Of a DNA stretch of 64,000 nt, positions 53,410 to 63,514 are shown piece by piece (positions within the stretch are counted from its first letter, which is position 1; each line of letters starts with the position of its first letter). The translations under genes and the position numbers were made by a program. The stretch is from positions 124,001-188,000 of IMG/VR virus record IMGVR_UViG_3300032562_000004; one strand, given 5' to 3'. A model generated the notes under the pieces. It had not been told where the DNA came from. It searched no databases and saw nothing but the letters and a program-made list of their open reading frames with translations.

Positions 53410-54150
53410 ATGACTATTTACACGCTTTACATTAAGACGCATAAGAAAACAGGACTAAAATATTTAGGTCAAACTCATTACGATCCCTATGAATACAAAG
53501 GTTCGGGGATTGATTGGAAAAAACATATTAAACAGTATGGAGACGATATTACTACTCAAGTTATTTATTCCGGAAAAAATCGTAATGAAATGTCGTCCTT
53601 GGGCAGATATTACAGCAACCTATACCGCATTACAACTTCTGTGGATGATTTTGGCAACAGAATTTGGGCTAACAGAACTATAGAAAACGGTGGAGGCGGA
53701 TGGAACATAGGTAAAACATACTCTACAGAAGAACGAAAAAAGTTTGGGCATACTAAGCATAAGGGTTCTAAACGAACAGATAAACAAAAACAAAAAATGA
53801 AGGATAATCACGCAGATTTTTCTGGTAGCAATAATCCTAACTATGGCAAAAAAGCAAAAGATTCAACACTTACAAAAATGAGAGTCTCAAAAGTAAGAGT
53901 ATGTCGCATAGTTGATCGCAAAGAAATGTCTGTAAACGAACTTACTGGCTGGATTAAGCGAGGCTGTAATCTAAAAGACAACTATCGACATGATCCTACT
54001 ATCTATTCATTTACTAACCTAATAACTAACGAAACTATTACTGCTACTAAACGAGAAATGATTGAACGATACAATCTAGATCAAAGTGCTATGAGTAGAG
54101 TATTAACCAGAAAGTTAAAATCTACTAAGGGATGGTCTTTAACTTTGTAG
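53410..54150 (+). CDS. GIY-YIG homing endonuclease, inverted
   Basis: TIYTLYIKTHKKTGLKYLGQT..DPY.YKGSG; GSNNPNYGK. Confidence 0.88.
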   Translation: MTIYTLYIKTHKKTGLKYLGQTHYDPYEYKGSGIDWKKHIKQYGDDITTQVIYSGKNRNEMSSLGRYYSNLYRITTSVDDFGNRIWANRTIENGGGGWNIGKTYSTEERKKFGHTKHKGSKRTDKQKQKMKDNHADFSGSNNPNYGKKAKDSTLTKMRVSKVRVCRIVDRKEMSVNELTGWIKRGCNLKDNYRHDPTIYSFTNLITNETITATKREMIERYNLDQSAMSRVLTRKLKSTKGWSLTL

Positions 54151-55140
54151 TGATCCAGTGTAGTGCTTATTAAGCCAATCACCAAATGTTGCTGCGTTTT
54201 CGCTTACCTTTGTAAGTTCGTAACGCCCACAAAATTTAAGGAAGTGACTACCAACTTGTCCTACATCCTTGTGACTAATTTGTTCCTTAATAGTATCATC
54301 TACTACTTCTTTAACATCATCTGGTTGCGCTGTTAAATCTACTAATGCTACATTACGCTGATAATCGTCCAACACACGATGTTCTACACCATCTGGATCC
54401 GTCCAGCGTTGTAGCATCATATTGTTCCAATTATATCCCTTTTTGTCCTTGTCAGCGAATGCCTCCACAAGGCCAACCTTGTTTTTAGTGCCCTTTGTTC
54501 TGACACCGGGAAATGCCGAAAAGACATTGTCGCTCGAATCGCCGCGCATACATTTCTCAAAAAGTAACCACTGTGGATCCGGTATTGTTTTTGGTTCTTT
54601 AGTTTTCTTGTCGATGACTGGTCTACCTTTGGCATCAAAGATTCCTTCTATAGTATGTAATTCGTCGGTAATTCCGTTATACTGCTTGACATTTTGTGCT
54701 AATAATTGAACAAAGTCAGTATCACTGCTGATAATAACGTGTTCATCTTGTGGATGTAATGCGATCCAACGAGCTATAATATCATCCCCTTCTGCTGTTG
54801 GGCAACGGATAACACTACAGTTTGTTTTCTCTGACAAGTATTTAGTCAAGGAATCATAGGTTTCCCAGAACATCTTATCTTCTTCTTGTTCTGCTTCTGT
54901 AAGCGCAGCTCTAGATACAGCACGATTAGCCTTATATGGTTTGTAGAAGTCTTTGCGCCAACTGCGCCCTTCTAAAGCAAATACCACATGATCCGCCTCA
55001 AATCGACGAGCCATTTTGTTAGCGGCCATTAATGTTACATGGAGGGCAAATCCTACCTTTTCCCAAGTATCACTAGCACGAAAGGCTCCATGTCTAGCAC
55101 GAAAGAAAAGATTAGCGGTATCTATAAGAACATATTTCAT
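54139..55140 (-). CDS. 5'-3' exonuclease / T4 RNase H-like flap endonuclease
   Basis: LIDTANLFFRA, WRKDFY.PYKANR, EGDD.IA, SSDTDFVQL, GDSSDNV..PGV. Confidence 0.9.
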   Translation of the reverse strand: MKYVLIDTANLFFRARHGAFRASDTWEKVGFALHVTLMAANKMARRFEADHVVFALEGRSWRKDFYKPYKANRAVSRAALTEAEQEEDKMFWETYDSLTKYLSEKTNCSVIRCPTAEGDDIIARWIALHPQDEHVIISSDTDFVQLLAQNVKQYNGITDELHTIEGIFDAKGRPVIDKKTKEPKTIPDPQWLLFEKCMRGDSSDNVFSAFPGVRTKGTKNKVGLVEAFADKDKKGYNWNNMMLQRWTDPDGVEHRVLDDYQRNVALVDLTAQPDDVKEVVDDTIKEQISHKDVGQVGSHFLKFCGRYELTKVSENAATFGDWLNKHYTGSLQS

Positions 55141-55171
55141 ACAAACAGTATAGCAGAACTTATATTAAAAG

Positions 55172-55714
55172 TCAAACGAAATTGTTGGTAATAATGTAAT
55201 TTAGGAGTAAACGGTTCCAAAAAGAATGCCCGTCTTTACCAAAATGCTTAGAATTTGGGGATACCGTTTCGATATTGGCATTACGAATTTTATCTTCGTA
55301 AGTATCTGATATAAAGCTATTGTTCCAATCGTGTTGGATGTTAAAAGATTGGCTACTGTTAAAAAATATATGTTTAATATTTTGGTTGGCTAATTCCAAA
55401 TGAAATTGCCAAATTTTTCCTTCATCTTCAGCAGTAGCAGGCCATTGGATAATAACTAAAACATCCTGCTTTTTCTCGTCTAACCATTTTTTTGTTGCGG
55501 CTATAATATCATCGGTGGTATTATCAACATACGCTTCGCAATGAAAACTATAACGAAGGGCTAGACTTAACATCTTGCCCCAACTGATTGCTATATTATC
55601 AGGATGCGGTAGTTGGCCTAAATGAGCTATTCTTGCGTCATCGCCGGCAACAATATATTGATTTACAGCTTCGGCGGCTGTGGTGTGACTATCACCGTTT
55701 ACATATAATATCAT
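55172..55714 (-). CDS. SGNH-like hypothetical protein
   Basis: LYVNGDSHT; HFGKDGH. Confidence 0.55.
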   Translation of the reverse strand: MILYVNGDSHTTAAEAVNQYIVAGDDARIAHLGQLPHPDNIAISWGKMLSLALRYSFHCEAYVDNTTDDIIAATKKWLDEKKQDVLVIIQWPATAEDEGKIWQFHLELANQNIKHIFFNSSQSFNIQHDWNNSFISDTYEDKIRNANIETVSPNSKHFGKDGHSFWNRLLLNYIITNNFV

Positions 55715-56184
55715 TGTTGTTTTAAGAGTTTAAAAGTTTCAGCTTCGACTACACGTCTGCGTAAACTACTACTTGAAAACGAATGGTCACGATCGTTAAA
55801 AATACATTCGATACCTCGTCGATAACATTCACTCTTTCCAGTAAATTCTTTATCCTCATACTCAATACCCAATACACGAACATCCAAAGGCAGTATTAGA
55901 AGCAAATCAACTAAGTCTTGTTCTGTTTGATAAACAACAACTTCGTCTACATAGCGACAAGCGGCTAATTGTATTTGCCGTTCAACAATACTTTGTACAG
56001 GTTTGTTTTTAGTATCTCGGTCAATAGTAGGATCTGTTTGCAATCCAGCAATTAAGTAATCACAATGGTTCTTAGCTTCGGATAGCATAGCAATATGCCC
56101 AGCGTGTAGCATATCAAAAGTACTAAAGGTAATACCAATCTTTTTACCTTCTTCTGTAAGTCTGCGAATGTGATTAAAAATCAA
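55711..56184 (-). CDS. Cytidylyltransferase (TagD-like)
   Basis: STFDMLHAGH, YVDEV, RDH.FSSSSLR. Confidence 0.85.
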   Translation of the reverse strand: MIFNHIRRLTEEGKKIGITFSTFDMLHAGHIAMLSEAKNHCDYLIAGLQTDPTIDRDTKNKPVQSIVERQIQLAACRYVDEVVVYQTEQDLVDLLLILPLDVRVLGIEYEDKEFTGKSECYRRGIECIFNDRDHSFSSSSLRRRVVEAETFKLLKQQ

Positions 56185-56546
56185 CTTACTTCACTCCTGC
56201 CATCGCCAACATCGCGACTTTTAACTACTCGCGGCGACATTGCTTCGTATTGTTCTGCTGTTTCTAATACTACATTACGACATACTGCGGTAAACCAACG
56301 ATCAATAATATCTGCGTCTGTATCTTTAGGATCCATCATATAGCCATGGCGAACCAAATCGGCAATCATTTTGTCATTCCAATCAAATTCAAATGCGCCT
56401 GAATTAATATCGTTAGGATCTATGTCCATACTTAATACTTCAAAGTATGCTTCGCCTTTTTCAGTAGCAACTTGTTTAGCTGACTTAGCTTGTTGTTGCG
56501 CTACAGCCGCAATTGGCTTCTTTTTAAAAAAATCAAATATTCCCAT
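56181..56546 (-). CDS. Hypothetical phage protein
   Basis: GAFEFDWNDK...WFTAVCRNV. Confidence 0.6.
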   Translation of the reverse strand: MGIFDFFKKKPIAAVAQQQAKSAKQVATEKGEAYFEVLSMDIDPNDINSGAFEFDWNDKMIADLVRHGYMMDPKDTDADIIDRWFTAVCRNVVLETAEQYEAMSPRVVKSRDVGDGRSEVS

Positions 56547-57649
56547 TACTGATCCTTAAACAAATTTATTTCTTCCCATGGCAAATCTTTTTTGCCAAAG
56601 TGACCATAGTTAGTAGTCTTACTGTATATAGGTCTAAACAGCTTAAAGCGATTAATAATACCTAACGGAGTTAAATCTACATTATTATAAATCCACTCTG
56701 TTAACGCACGACTATCACCGTCTGACTCTATATAAAAACTCATAGGTTGTGCTACCCCAATAGCATAACTAATTTGTACAGTAGCCCAGTTAGCACGACC
56801 AGCGGCAACAATATTCTTAGCCAAATAGCGAGCCATGTAAGCGGCGCTACGGTCTACCTTAGTAGGATCCTTGCCACTAAACGCACCACCGCCGTGTGGG
56901 CTATATCCACCGTATGTGTCTACAATAATCTTACGACCTGTTAATCCTGTGTCACCATCAGGACCACCTACTACAAAACGCCCTGTTGGGTTAATATAAA
57001 ATTCTGTCTTTTCATCTACAAATTCTGTAGGTAATATATTACGAATAATATTGCCAACGTCTTTACGAACAGTTTCGATATCAACATCGGCATTATGTTG
57101 TGTAGAACAAACTACTTTAGCAATACGAATAGGTTTGGCATCATCGCTGTATTCAAAAGTAACTTGACTCTTAGCATCTGGTCCAAGATAGTTAAGTACA
57201 CCTTGTTTACGAACTTGTGTTAACCCTTCTACAATTCTATGACTCCAGTAAATTGCCGAAGGCATAAAGTTTTCTGTTTCGTTACAAGCATATCCAAACA
57301 TTAATCCTTGGTCGCCTGCGCCAAAGTTGTCTGTGCCTAACGCAATATCTGCGGACTGGCCATGTAGCAAGTTAATAATTTTAACAGTACGCCAATCAAA
57401 TCCTGACTGCTCGTAACCAATATCTTTGATGACTCGACGAATAGCTGATTCTACTTCTTCTGAATGTAATACACCTTTATATTCTCCAGCAACAATTACT
57501 GTATCTGTAGTTACCAATGTTTCACAAGCACAACGAAGACTAGTGTCTTCTTTACTCATTACTAAATCTAAAATAGCATCACTAATAGCATCTGCTACTT
57601 TGTCTGGATGTCCTTCTGATACTGATTCGCTTGTGAATAGATAGCTCAT
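56546..57649 (-). CDS. metK: S-adenosylmethionine synthetase (start at MSYLFTSES)
   Basis: FTSESVSEGHPDK, GAGDQGLMFGYA, GLTGRKIIVDTYGG, GGAFSGKDPTKVDRS. Confidence 0.97.
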   Translation of the reverse strand: MSYLFTSESVSEGHPDKVADAISDAILDLVMSKEDTSLRCACETLVTTDTVIVAGEYKGVLHSEEVESAIRRVIKDIGYEQSGFDWRTVKIINLLHGQSADIALGTDNFGAGDQGLMFGYACNETENFMPSAIYWSHRIVEGLTQVRKQGVLNYLGPDAKSQVTFEYSDDAKPIRIAKVVCSTQHNADVDIETVRKDVGNIIRNILPTEFVDEKTEFYINPTGRFVVGGPDGDTGLTGRKIIVDTYGGYSPHGGGAFSGKDPTKVDRSAAYMARYLAKNIVAAGRANWATVQISYAIGVAQPMSFYIESDGDSRALTEWIYNNVDLTPLGIINRFKLFRPIYSKTTNYGHFGKKDLPWEEINLFKDQ

Positions 57650-57891
57650 TAATTTCCTTTTAATTTCCATATAAGATGTTCGGTACTGCTATGCCATTTG
57701 TATTGATACGCTGGTTCGCCTGGCCCGGACCATCCAGCTACGCCACGATAGGCATATTCTAGCCAGATTAACTTATTACTTAGCGCACATTTATGGGGTA
57801 GCCAAGAAAATTTGAGTTCCCAAAATGCCTTTCTATAAAAAGGATCGATTAAATCAGGTATAGGCATACCATGAAATCCTTGTGGATACAA
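57649..57891 (-). CDS. Hypothetical protein
   Basis: Tiled; FSWLPHKC. Confidence 0.45.
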   Translation of the reverse strand: MYPQGFHGMPIPDLIDPFYRKAFWELKFSWLPHKCALSNKLIWLEYAYRGVAGWSGPGEPAYQYKWHSSTEHLIWKLKGN

Positions 57892-58746
57892 TCAAGTACC
57901 CCAGTCGTTTTTCCAAAGAACCACTTGAAGTCTATCACTATAGCGTAAGCCATTTGCCATAGCTAGTTCTGCTACTCGACGATTATTCAAAGTATAAACA
58001 CTTTCAACCCCGCCAACTGGCATTAAGTAAATTGGGCCTTTAAACCCAGCCGCTTGATAAATTTGCGATACTGCTAGTGCTTCTTCGGCATCTTCTTCTG
58101 TAGAGATTACAAATTTTAAATAAGTGTATCCAACTTCTTGATATTCGCAAACTACTTCAGGCTTAATAGCATCTTCACGCAATTCACCAGAGCAACTTAA
58201 TTTAGCACTAACACTAAATGTAACTTGTTTAGGCTTGCCAACTCCATCTAATGACCAGTTAATCAAAAACTCTTTAAACTCTGGACTTAGCTTTTGAGTG
58301 CCATTCGTTTCAAAAGTAATTTCTCGTAAATTGGCCATCTTAGGATTGTTCAGCAAGTCTGGATAAGCACGTTGCCAACCTAACAAAGGTTCTCCGCCTG
58401 TGATAACCAAGTGCTCAGTGCCCCACTGACCAAATGGCAGAATCTCCATAATGCGATTAGCAATAGCATCTGACTCCATTAAAGGACTTAAATCTTTAAA
58501 GCGCGGATCCCAACTAGCATAGCTATCACATCCTGTACTTACTAATGGCAAGTCTTCATATTTGGTAAACATATGAGCAACTTCTGCTATTTCTTCTACT
58601 TCTGTGCTAAGTTGACCTTTGGGCATACCAAATCCAGCACAGCGGAAATTACAGCCGAAAGTTCTAAGGAATATACTGGGCACTCCCATATAGCGACCTT
58701 CGCCTTGAATACTATAAAATAGTTCTGCTACTTTTAATTTACTCAC
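57892..58746 (-). CDS. queE: 7-carboxy-7-deazaguanine synthase (radical SAM)
   Basis: ELFYSIQGEG...FLRTFGCNFRC...CDS, VITGGEPLL, ETNGT, YSDRLQV.LW. Confidence 0.85.
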   Translation of the reverse strand: MSKLKVAELFYSIQGEGRYMGVPSIFLRTFGCNFRCAGFGMPKGQLSTEVEEIAEVAHMFTKYEDLPLVSTGCDSYASWDPRFKDLSPLMESDAIANRIMEILPFGQWGTEHLVITGGEPLLGWQRAYPDLLNNPKMANLREITFETNGTQKLSPEFKEFLINWSLDGVGKPKQVTFSVSAKLSCSGELREDAIKPEVVCEYQEVGYTYLKFVISTEEDAEEALAVSQIYQAAGFKGPIYLMPVGGVESVYTLNNRRVAELAMANGLRYSDRLQVVLWKNDWGT

Positions 58747-59044
58747 CGAATTCCTCTCTCATCATTTGATCATGTTCATTTTCTTCTTTAGCACCTTTCC
58801 GTGCTTTTTGTTCTTGATAGCCGCGACTACCGTCTCCTTTGCCTTTTACTCTGCGCCCACACTCCGTACATTCGTGAAATCCTTGTACAAACTCTTTTCC
58901 ACTATCAAATGTTATTACTTCTGTGCCTTCGATTGTGAATTTTTTGTAACACTGGTTAAAGGTACAAACCACTTTCATAGTTTCAGGATCTATAAAAGAT
59001 ACGTCTACTTTTTTCTTTGACAATTTACTCATTTCTTCCACCAC
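58739..59044 (-). CDS. Small Cys-containing protein
   Basis: CTFNQC...HECTECG. Confidence 0.45.
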   Translation of the reverse strand: MVEEMSKLSKKKVDVSFIDPETMKVVCTFNQCYKKFTIEGTEVITFDSGKEFVQGFHECTECGRRVKGKGDGSRGYQEQKARKGAKEENEHDQMMREEFGE

Positions 59045-59598
59045 CCTTCATAAGGAAAATTAACCCATCGAGGGTCTTCGTTTTTATTAATCTCCATACC
59101 AGCATAGTTAATAGTTAATTCACTCTTACTTGGTAAGTTATCGATTAGTACTGCTACTCGTACATTGTTGCCCCAAACTTGTTCCCAAACTTCTGTAGCC
59201 TGCGGTAAGCAACTTGATTGCCAATCTTGTTTAATCCAGTTTAGAGTAGCACCTGTATCATTAATATCATCAACGATAAGAATATTTTTGCGTAGCTTTT
59301 TCTTAGAATATGATTCGTGATCTTTGCGGATTTCTAAGTTGACATACCCAAAGGCATCACTTGCCATTCCGCAATCACTTACACAATCTTGATCATCCCG
59401 TAATGATACTTTAAGTGTTTGCATTGGCACGTCTAGATATTGGGATATAAGAACAGCTGGAAGTAACCCGCCACGAGTAAGTCCTACAACATAATCGGGT
59501 TTCCAGCCGTCTTTCGTAATTTGACGTAGAATGTCTTGAGTTAAACATTCTACGTCTTTGTAAGTTAAATTAGTATGGTCCATACAAGTATTATACAC
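59029..59598 (-). CDS. Type I phosphoribosyltransferase (Gpt-like)
   Basis: VGLTRGGLLPA, ILIVDDINDTGAT, FPYEGWW. Confidence 0.85.
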   Translation of the reverse strand: MYNTCMDHTNLTYKDVECLTQDILRQITKDGWKPDYVVGLTRGGLLPAVLISQYLDVPMQTLKVSLRDDQDCVSDCGMASDAFGYVNLEIRKDHESYSKKKLRKNILIVDDINDTGATLNWIKQDWQSSCLPQATEVWEQVWGNNVRVAVLIDNLPSKSELTINYAGMEINKNEDPRWVNFPYEGWWKK

Positions 59599-59622
59599 AC
59601 TTGTATTTAGGTCGTCAAGCTA

Positions 59623-60516
59623 TTACGATAAAATTTGGCGAATACCTTCTTCAAACGACATAGGATTATAGTCAGGCATAATCGAACGAAGTTTGGTAAT
59701 ATCAGGACGGCGATTAGCAACAGAACCTGGCATACTTGGTAACTGTTCAAATACTGCGTCTGGATGACCTAATTCGGTAGCAATAACTTTAACAGCATCA
59801 CCAATTGAAATCTCGCGGTCATTGCCCACATTAACCAATTCACGAGTAGTGTTTTCGGCAACATAGATACTAGCACGGATAGCATCTGATACATGACAGA
59901 AGCTACGAGTTTCTTGTGCGCCGATTACAGAGAAAATACCGTTTTTAATCTTGTTAATTTGGTCACCTAAGAAATGACCTTGTTTACTGTTTTCACCATA
60001 TACATTAAAGTAACGGATCATAACATAAGGTAAGTCCGAATTAGCCAAATAGTTTTCACTAGTAATCTTAGCCAAACGATAACTCCAACGAGCATTGTGT
60101 ATATCTTTAATAAACACATCTGAATTCTCTGGAACTGGACTCGTAGGATCATCTGCTACAATTTCACTGCTCGAAGCATATACTAAGCTCTTAAGATTAG
60201 TACATTTACGAGCAAAATTGAAAATGTTTAAATCGCAAACAAAGTTATTTTCTAATACCTTGTTAGGCATTTTGTAAAAGTTAGTTGTACCGTTAATAGC
60301 ACCATAGTGATAAATGTAATCAAAATCAGTTGGCAATAATTCATCAAACAATACTGTGTTATTTAAGTCAGCGGCAACAAACTTATCACAATCAGGAATA
60401 CTTGAACTACGACTATGATTATCTAGTGCCCATACTTCATTGCCAGCGGCTTTAAGTTGTTTACAAAATTCTGTGCCTAGCAATCCGCTAGCGCCTGTAA
60501 TTAAAATTTTAGCCAT
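59623..60516 (-). CDS. NAD-dependent epimerase/dehydratase
   Basis: ITGASGLLG, YASSSE, YRLAK (YxxxK), RYFNVYG, TRSFCHVSD. Confidence 0.9.
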   Translation of the reverse strand: MAKILITGASGLLGTEFCKQLKAAGNEVWALDNHSRSSSIPDCDKFVAADLNNTVLFDELLPTDFDYIYHYGAINGTTNFYKMPNKVLENNFVCDLNIFNFARKCTNLKSLVYASSSEIVADDPTSPVPENSDVFIKDIHNARWSYRLAKITSENYLANSDLPYVMIRYFNVYGENSKQGHFLGDQINKIKNGIFSVIGAQETRSFCHVSDAIRASIYVAENTTRELVNVGNDREISIGDAVKVIATELGHPDAVFEQLPSMPGSVANRRPDITKLRSIMPDYNPMSFEEGIRQILS

Positions 60517-61285
60517 TTACAATTTTCTCATTATCTTTAATAGTTGCTTCAATCATAGCGAAGTCAAGTCCTAAGTTCTTAACTAAGTTAGCCCACGCAC
60601 TTGTATCTTTTGGCAAGCAATGTCCGCCAAAGCCACGCAAGTTTTCATTACACATCAAATATGCTGGATTAATACAATCACGCTTGGTAATAGCATTGTA
60701 AACATTATTATAATCTGCGCCTAATGCTTTACATACTTCATAAGCAATATTAGCAAAAATAATTTGTACAGAATGATTTACATTGTTGAAGTATTTGATA
60801 ACTTCTGCTTCTGCTGGCTTAACACAAGCAACATTTTGTGGCAAGTTACCATGGATAGCTTTAACAATAATATAATCTTCTTCGCGATTACTGCCAATTA
60901 CTAATAAATCATGATTGTACATAAAATCAGCTAACGCTGTTTTAGCACGAAGAAATTCTGGAACGGAGCAAATACGCAAGTTAGGGTATTGGGCAGATAG
61001 CTTATCGCAAGTACCAGGAACACAAGTACTTTTAAGTCCTACTAAACCTTTGTAGCCAGCGTCGTTTAATTCGCCAACTACCTTTTCTACAATACTTGTA
61101 TCGCAATCACCATTTGGCGCTTGGTTAGTAGGAACACAAATGAATACACATTCTGTATCTAATACATCATTAAGTGTTGATCCTTCGTATGCTGGATCAA
61201 AGAAACTCATTTGGTGACCCAAATGATTTAATCCTTCATAAACTGCTTTGCCTACTGTGCCTTTTCCTATTAAACCAATCTTCAT
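60509..61285 (-). CDS. UDP-glucose/GDP-mannose dehydrogenase family protein
   Basis: IGKGTVG, CVPT, PEFLRA, GFGGHCLPKD. Confidence 0.88.
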   Translation of the reverse strand: MKIGLIGKGTVGKAVYEGLNHLGHQMSFFDPAYEGSTLNDVLDTECVFICVPTNQAPNGDCDTSIVEKVVGELNDAGYKGLVGLKSTCVPGTCDKLSAQYPNLRICSVPEFLRAKTALADFMYNHDLLVIGSNREEDYIIVKAIHGNLPQNVACVKPAEAEVIKYFNNVNHSVQIIFANIAYEVCKALGADYNNVYNAITKRDCINPAYLMCNENLRGFGGHCLPKDTSAWANLVKNLGLDFAMIEATIKDNEKIVNG

Positions 61286-61882
61286 TCAATTCTCCTCTGG
61301 ATATTTCATATCAACTAGTTGATTACTCTGAGCTGACGCCATGCTTAATATTTCTTGTGCCACATCTTCGGGTTCTAAACATATAGCCGAAGTTTTCATA
61401 TCTATCATTTTAGTGCGTGTGCGTACTGGATTAATTAATCCTAATGTAACTTCACTGCCTTTAAAATACTCACAGGCACCTTGCCATACATTATATAGTG
61501 CTGCTTTACTGGCGGCGTATAAAATGTAGTCTTTGCGTCCTGACTTATACGCACTAGATCCAACCATAATAATCTTTACAGGTTTCTTAGTACCGTTACT
61601 AATGTAATGACGAATAATGGACCAATTCGATCCAATGTTTATATCAAATGTATTTGAATGTGTTTCGTTATTAGTTTTATCGAAATGACCTACACAATTT
61701 ACAATAACATCTGGATCATTACTTGATAACATTTCTTGTATTTTAATATCGCTATCTAAATAAACAAAATTTACTTGATTTTTGCTAATAGGTTTGACAA
61801 TATAGCCGGCTCGAGTGAAGGCTTCACAGGTAGCTTGACCGATGCCGCCATTAGATCCAAATATAACTGCTCGTTTAATCAT
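61286..61882 (-). CDS. Short-chain dehydrogenase/reductase
   Basis: FGSNGGIG, YAASK. Confidence 0.82.
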   Translation of the reverse strand: MIKRAVIFGSNGGIGQATCEAFTRAGYIVKPISKNQVNFVYLDSDIKIQEMLSSNDPDVIVNCVGHFDKTNNETHSNTFDINIGSNWSIIRHYISNGTKKPVKIIMVGSSAYKSGRKDYILYAASKAALYNVWQGACEYFKGSEVTLGLINPVRTRTKMIDMKTSAICLEPEDVAQEILSMASAQSNQLVDMKYPEEN

Positions 61883-62288
61883 GTTTTGGTAAAATAGAAT
61901 CTACACGGAATGTATCATTCTCGTAATCTTCGCCACCGCGTGGGCCTTCAGCAAAAGCAATAAACACACAGCCATCGCTACCAGCTTCCATACCGTGGAT
62001 CTCATTAGGTTCGCTAATAACCATATCCCCAGGACCGGCAGTGATTCCAACGGCTGGCTCATCACTATCAACAGGCTTAGAGTAATAGTGTAAAGTACCA
62101 GCTAACACATAGGTATACTGCGTAGTAAGTTTGTGATAATGATTAGCACGAATAGCACCAGGAGCGTTAGTAATAATACAAGCATGATTCATATTTGCTT
62201 TGTAAAAAATATCGGTAATCGAACCACGGTCGTCTGCGTGTTTGCCTAAACCTTCTTCTGTATTGTTATAAATGTTGTAATGTCTCAT
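61875..62288 (-). CDS. Cupin (NDP-sugar isomerase/epimerase-like)
   Basis: DDRGSI, RANHYHK, EPNEIHG. Confidence 0.75.
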   Translation of the reverse strand: MRHYNIYNNTEEGLGKHADDRGSITDIFYKANMNHACIITNAPGAIRANHYHKLTTQYTYVLAGTLHYYSKPVDSDEPAVGITAGPGDMVISEPNEIHGMEAGSDGCVFIAFAEGPRGGEDYENDTFRVDSILPKHD

Positions 62289-63514
62289 TGTGATATAAAC
62301 CTTGTGTTAGGGTTGATGCTTAATAGAGCTTTCTTTAGTGGCTCTCCGATATTCCAGCTTAGTACTAATGCGTATGGTTTTTCGTGTTTAGCAAACTCGT
62401 CATCGCTACGAATAGGAATACGAGTTAATGGTGTGTATTTGCCTTGTTTAAATTGACTAGCATCTGTAATACAAGTTAATACTGTTTTATCTAGTTTGTG
62501 CCAGTTTAACCAAGTATTAGCTTTGGCTGCCGCCCCAACACCAATAATAACAGCATCAGGTTCATCTGCTAAAATTTGATAAAAGTTAAGTAGCCACGCA
62601 TTGCGTTGCTTTTCAAACTTGTCTTGTAATTTGGTATAGAAAGTAGTATCAAACAAACCCATAGCAGTTTCGTTTTCGATAGCACCACGAACCAAGAATG
62701 GCATTCCGTTGTTAGTAGTATGTTTAGCAATAACTCTAATACTGCCGCCATGATAATCAACTATATCAAAATCTACAATATCTAAACCAACTTGCTGTAG
62801 CAAGTTCCAAGCACTCTTAATAGTAAAGTAAGAAATGTGTTCGTGATAAACCATATCTACGAATCGACCACTTTCAATCATACTTGCCCAGTACGGTAAC
62901 TCAAATACAAATATACCATCTTTATCTAATAACTGTGAAACTCCCGAAGCAAAGTTAACAGGATCGTTAGCATGATTGAATACATTGTTAGCTATAATTA
63001 CCGAAGCCTTGCCATGTTCTTCGGCAACTTCAACTGCTGTATCAATATTGAATAAAGCAGCTAATGAGTCGACTCCTTTTTCTTTGGCAATATCGCACAT
63101 AGTTTGGGAAGAATCGATCCCAAGTACTTTGGTATCTGTATCTTGAAATTGTTTAATTAAGTAAGCATCGTTACTACCAATCTCTACAACCAATCCCTCA
63201 GTGTTGTATTTGCTTTTGATAGTAGAAGCATATTCATCCCAGTGATCTCTGGCAGTTTTTGAATTTGACGATGTATAGCTATAACTGTATAAGTTATAAC
63301 GATCTTCGGCATCGCTAACGAATCCTAATTGGATTTGCCCTGAACTAGAATTTAAATGTAGTTGTAGTGGAAATACTGGTTCAGACATATGAAGCTGATC
63401 TTCAGCAATGAATGTATCAGCATAAGCGTGTTGCCCGAAGTCTAAAATTTTTGTAACAAACTCGCCTGTAATTAAACAGCGATCTAAGTGGGTGCTTTCA
63501 GTTATTTTACTCAT
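62285..63514 (-). CDS. NDP-hexose C-methyltransferase
   Basis: VEIGSNDA, ANNVFNHA, YHEHISYF, HGGSIR, GAAAKANT, GKYTP..RIPI, LSWN. Confidence 0.88.
   Translation of the reverse strand: MSKITESTHLDRCLITGEFVTKILDFGQHAYADTFIAEDQLHMSEPVFPLQLHLNSSSGQIQLGFVSDAEDRYNLYSYSYTSSNSKTARDHWDEYASTIKSKYNTEGLVVEIGSNDAYLIKQFQDTDTKVLGIDSSQTMCDIAKEKGVDSLAALFNIDTAVEVAEEHGKASVIIANNVFNHANDPVNFASGVSQLLDKDGIFVFELPYWASMIESGRFVDMVYHEHISYFTIKSAWNLLQQVGLDIVDFDIVDYHGGSIRVIAKHTTNNGMPFLVRGAIENETAMGLFDTTFYTKLQDKFEKQRNAWLLNFYQILADEPDAVIIGVGAAAKANTWLNWHKLDKTVLTCITDASQFKQGKYTPLTRIPIRSDDEFAKHEKPYALVLSWNIGEPLKKALLSINPNTRFISQ

Noticed and set aside
448-62760. The many short ORFs antisense to or nested in recognised genes and tRNAs
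   Set aside because: They are shadows of stronger calls, with no motifs or RBS support
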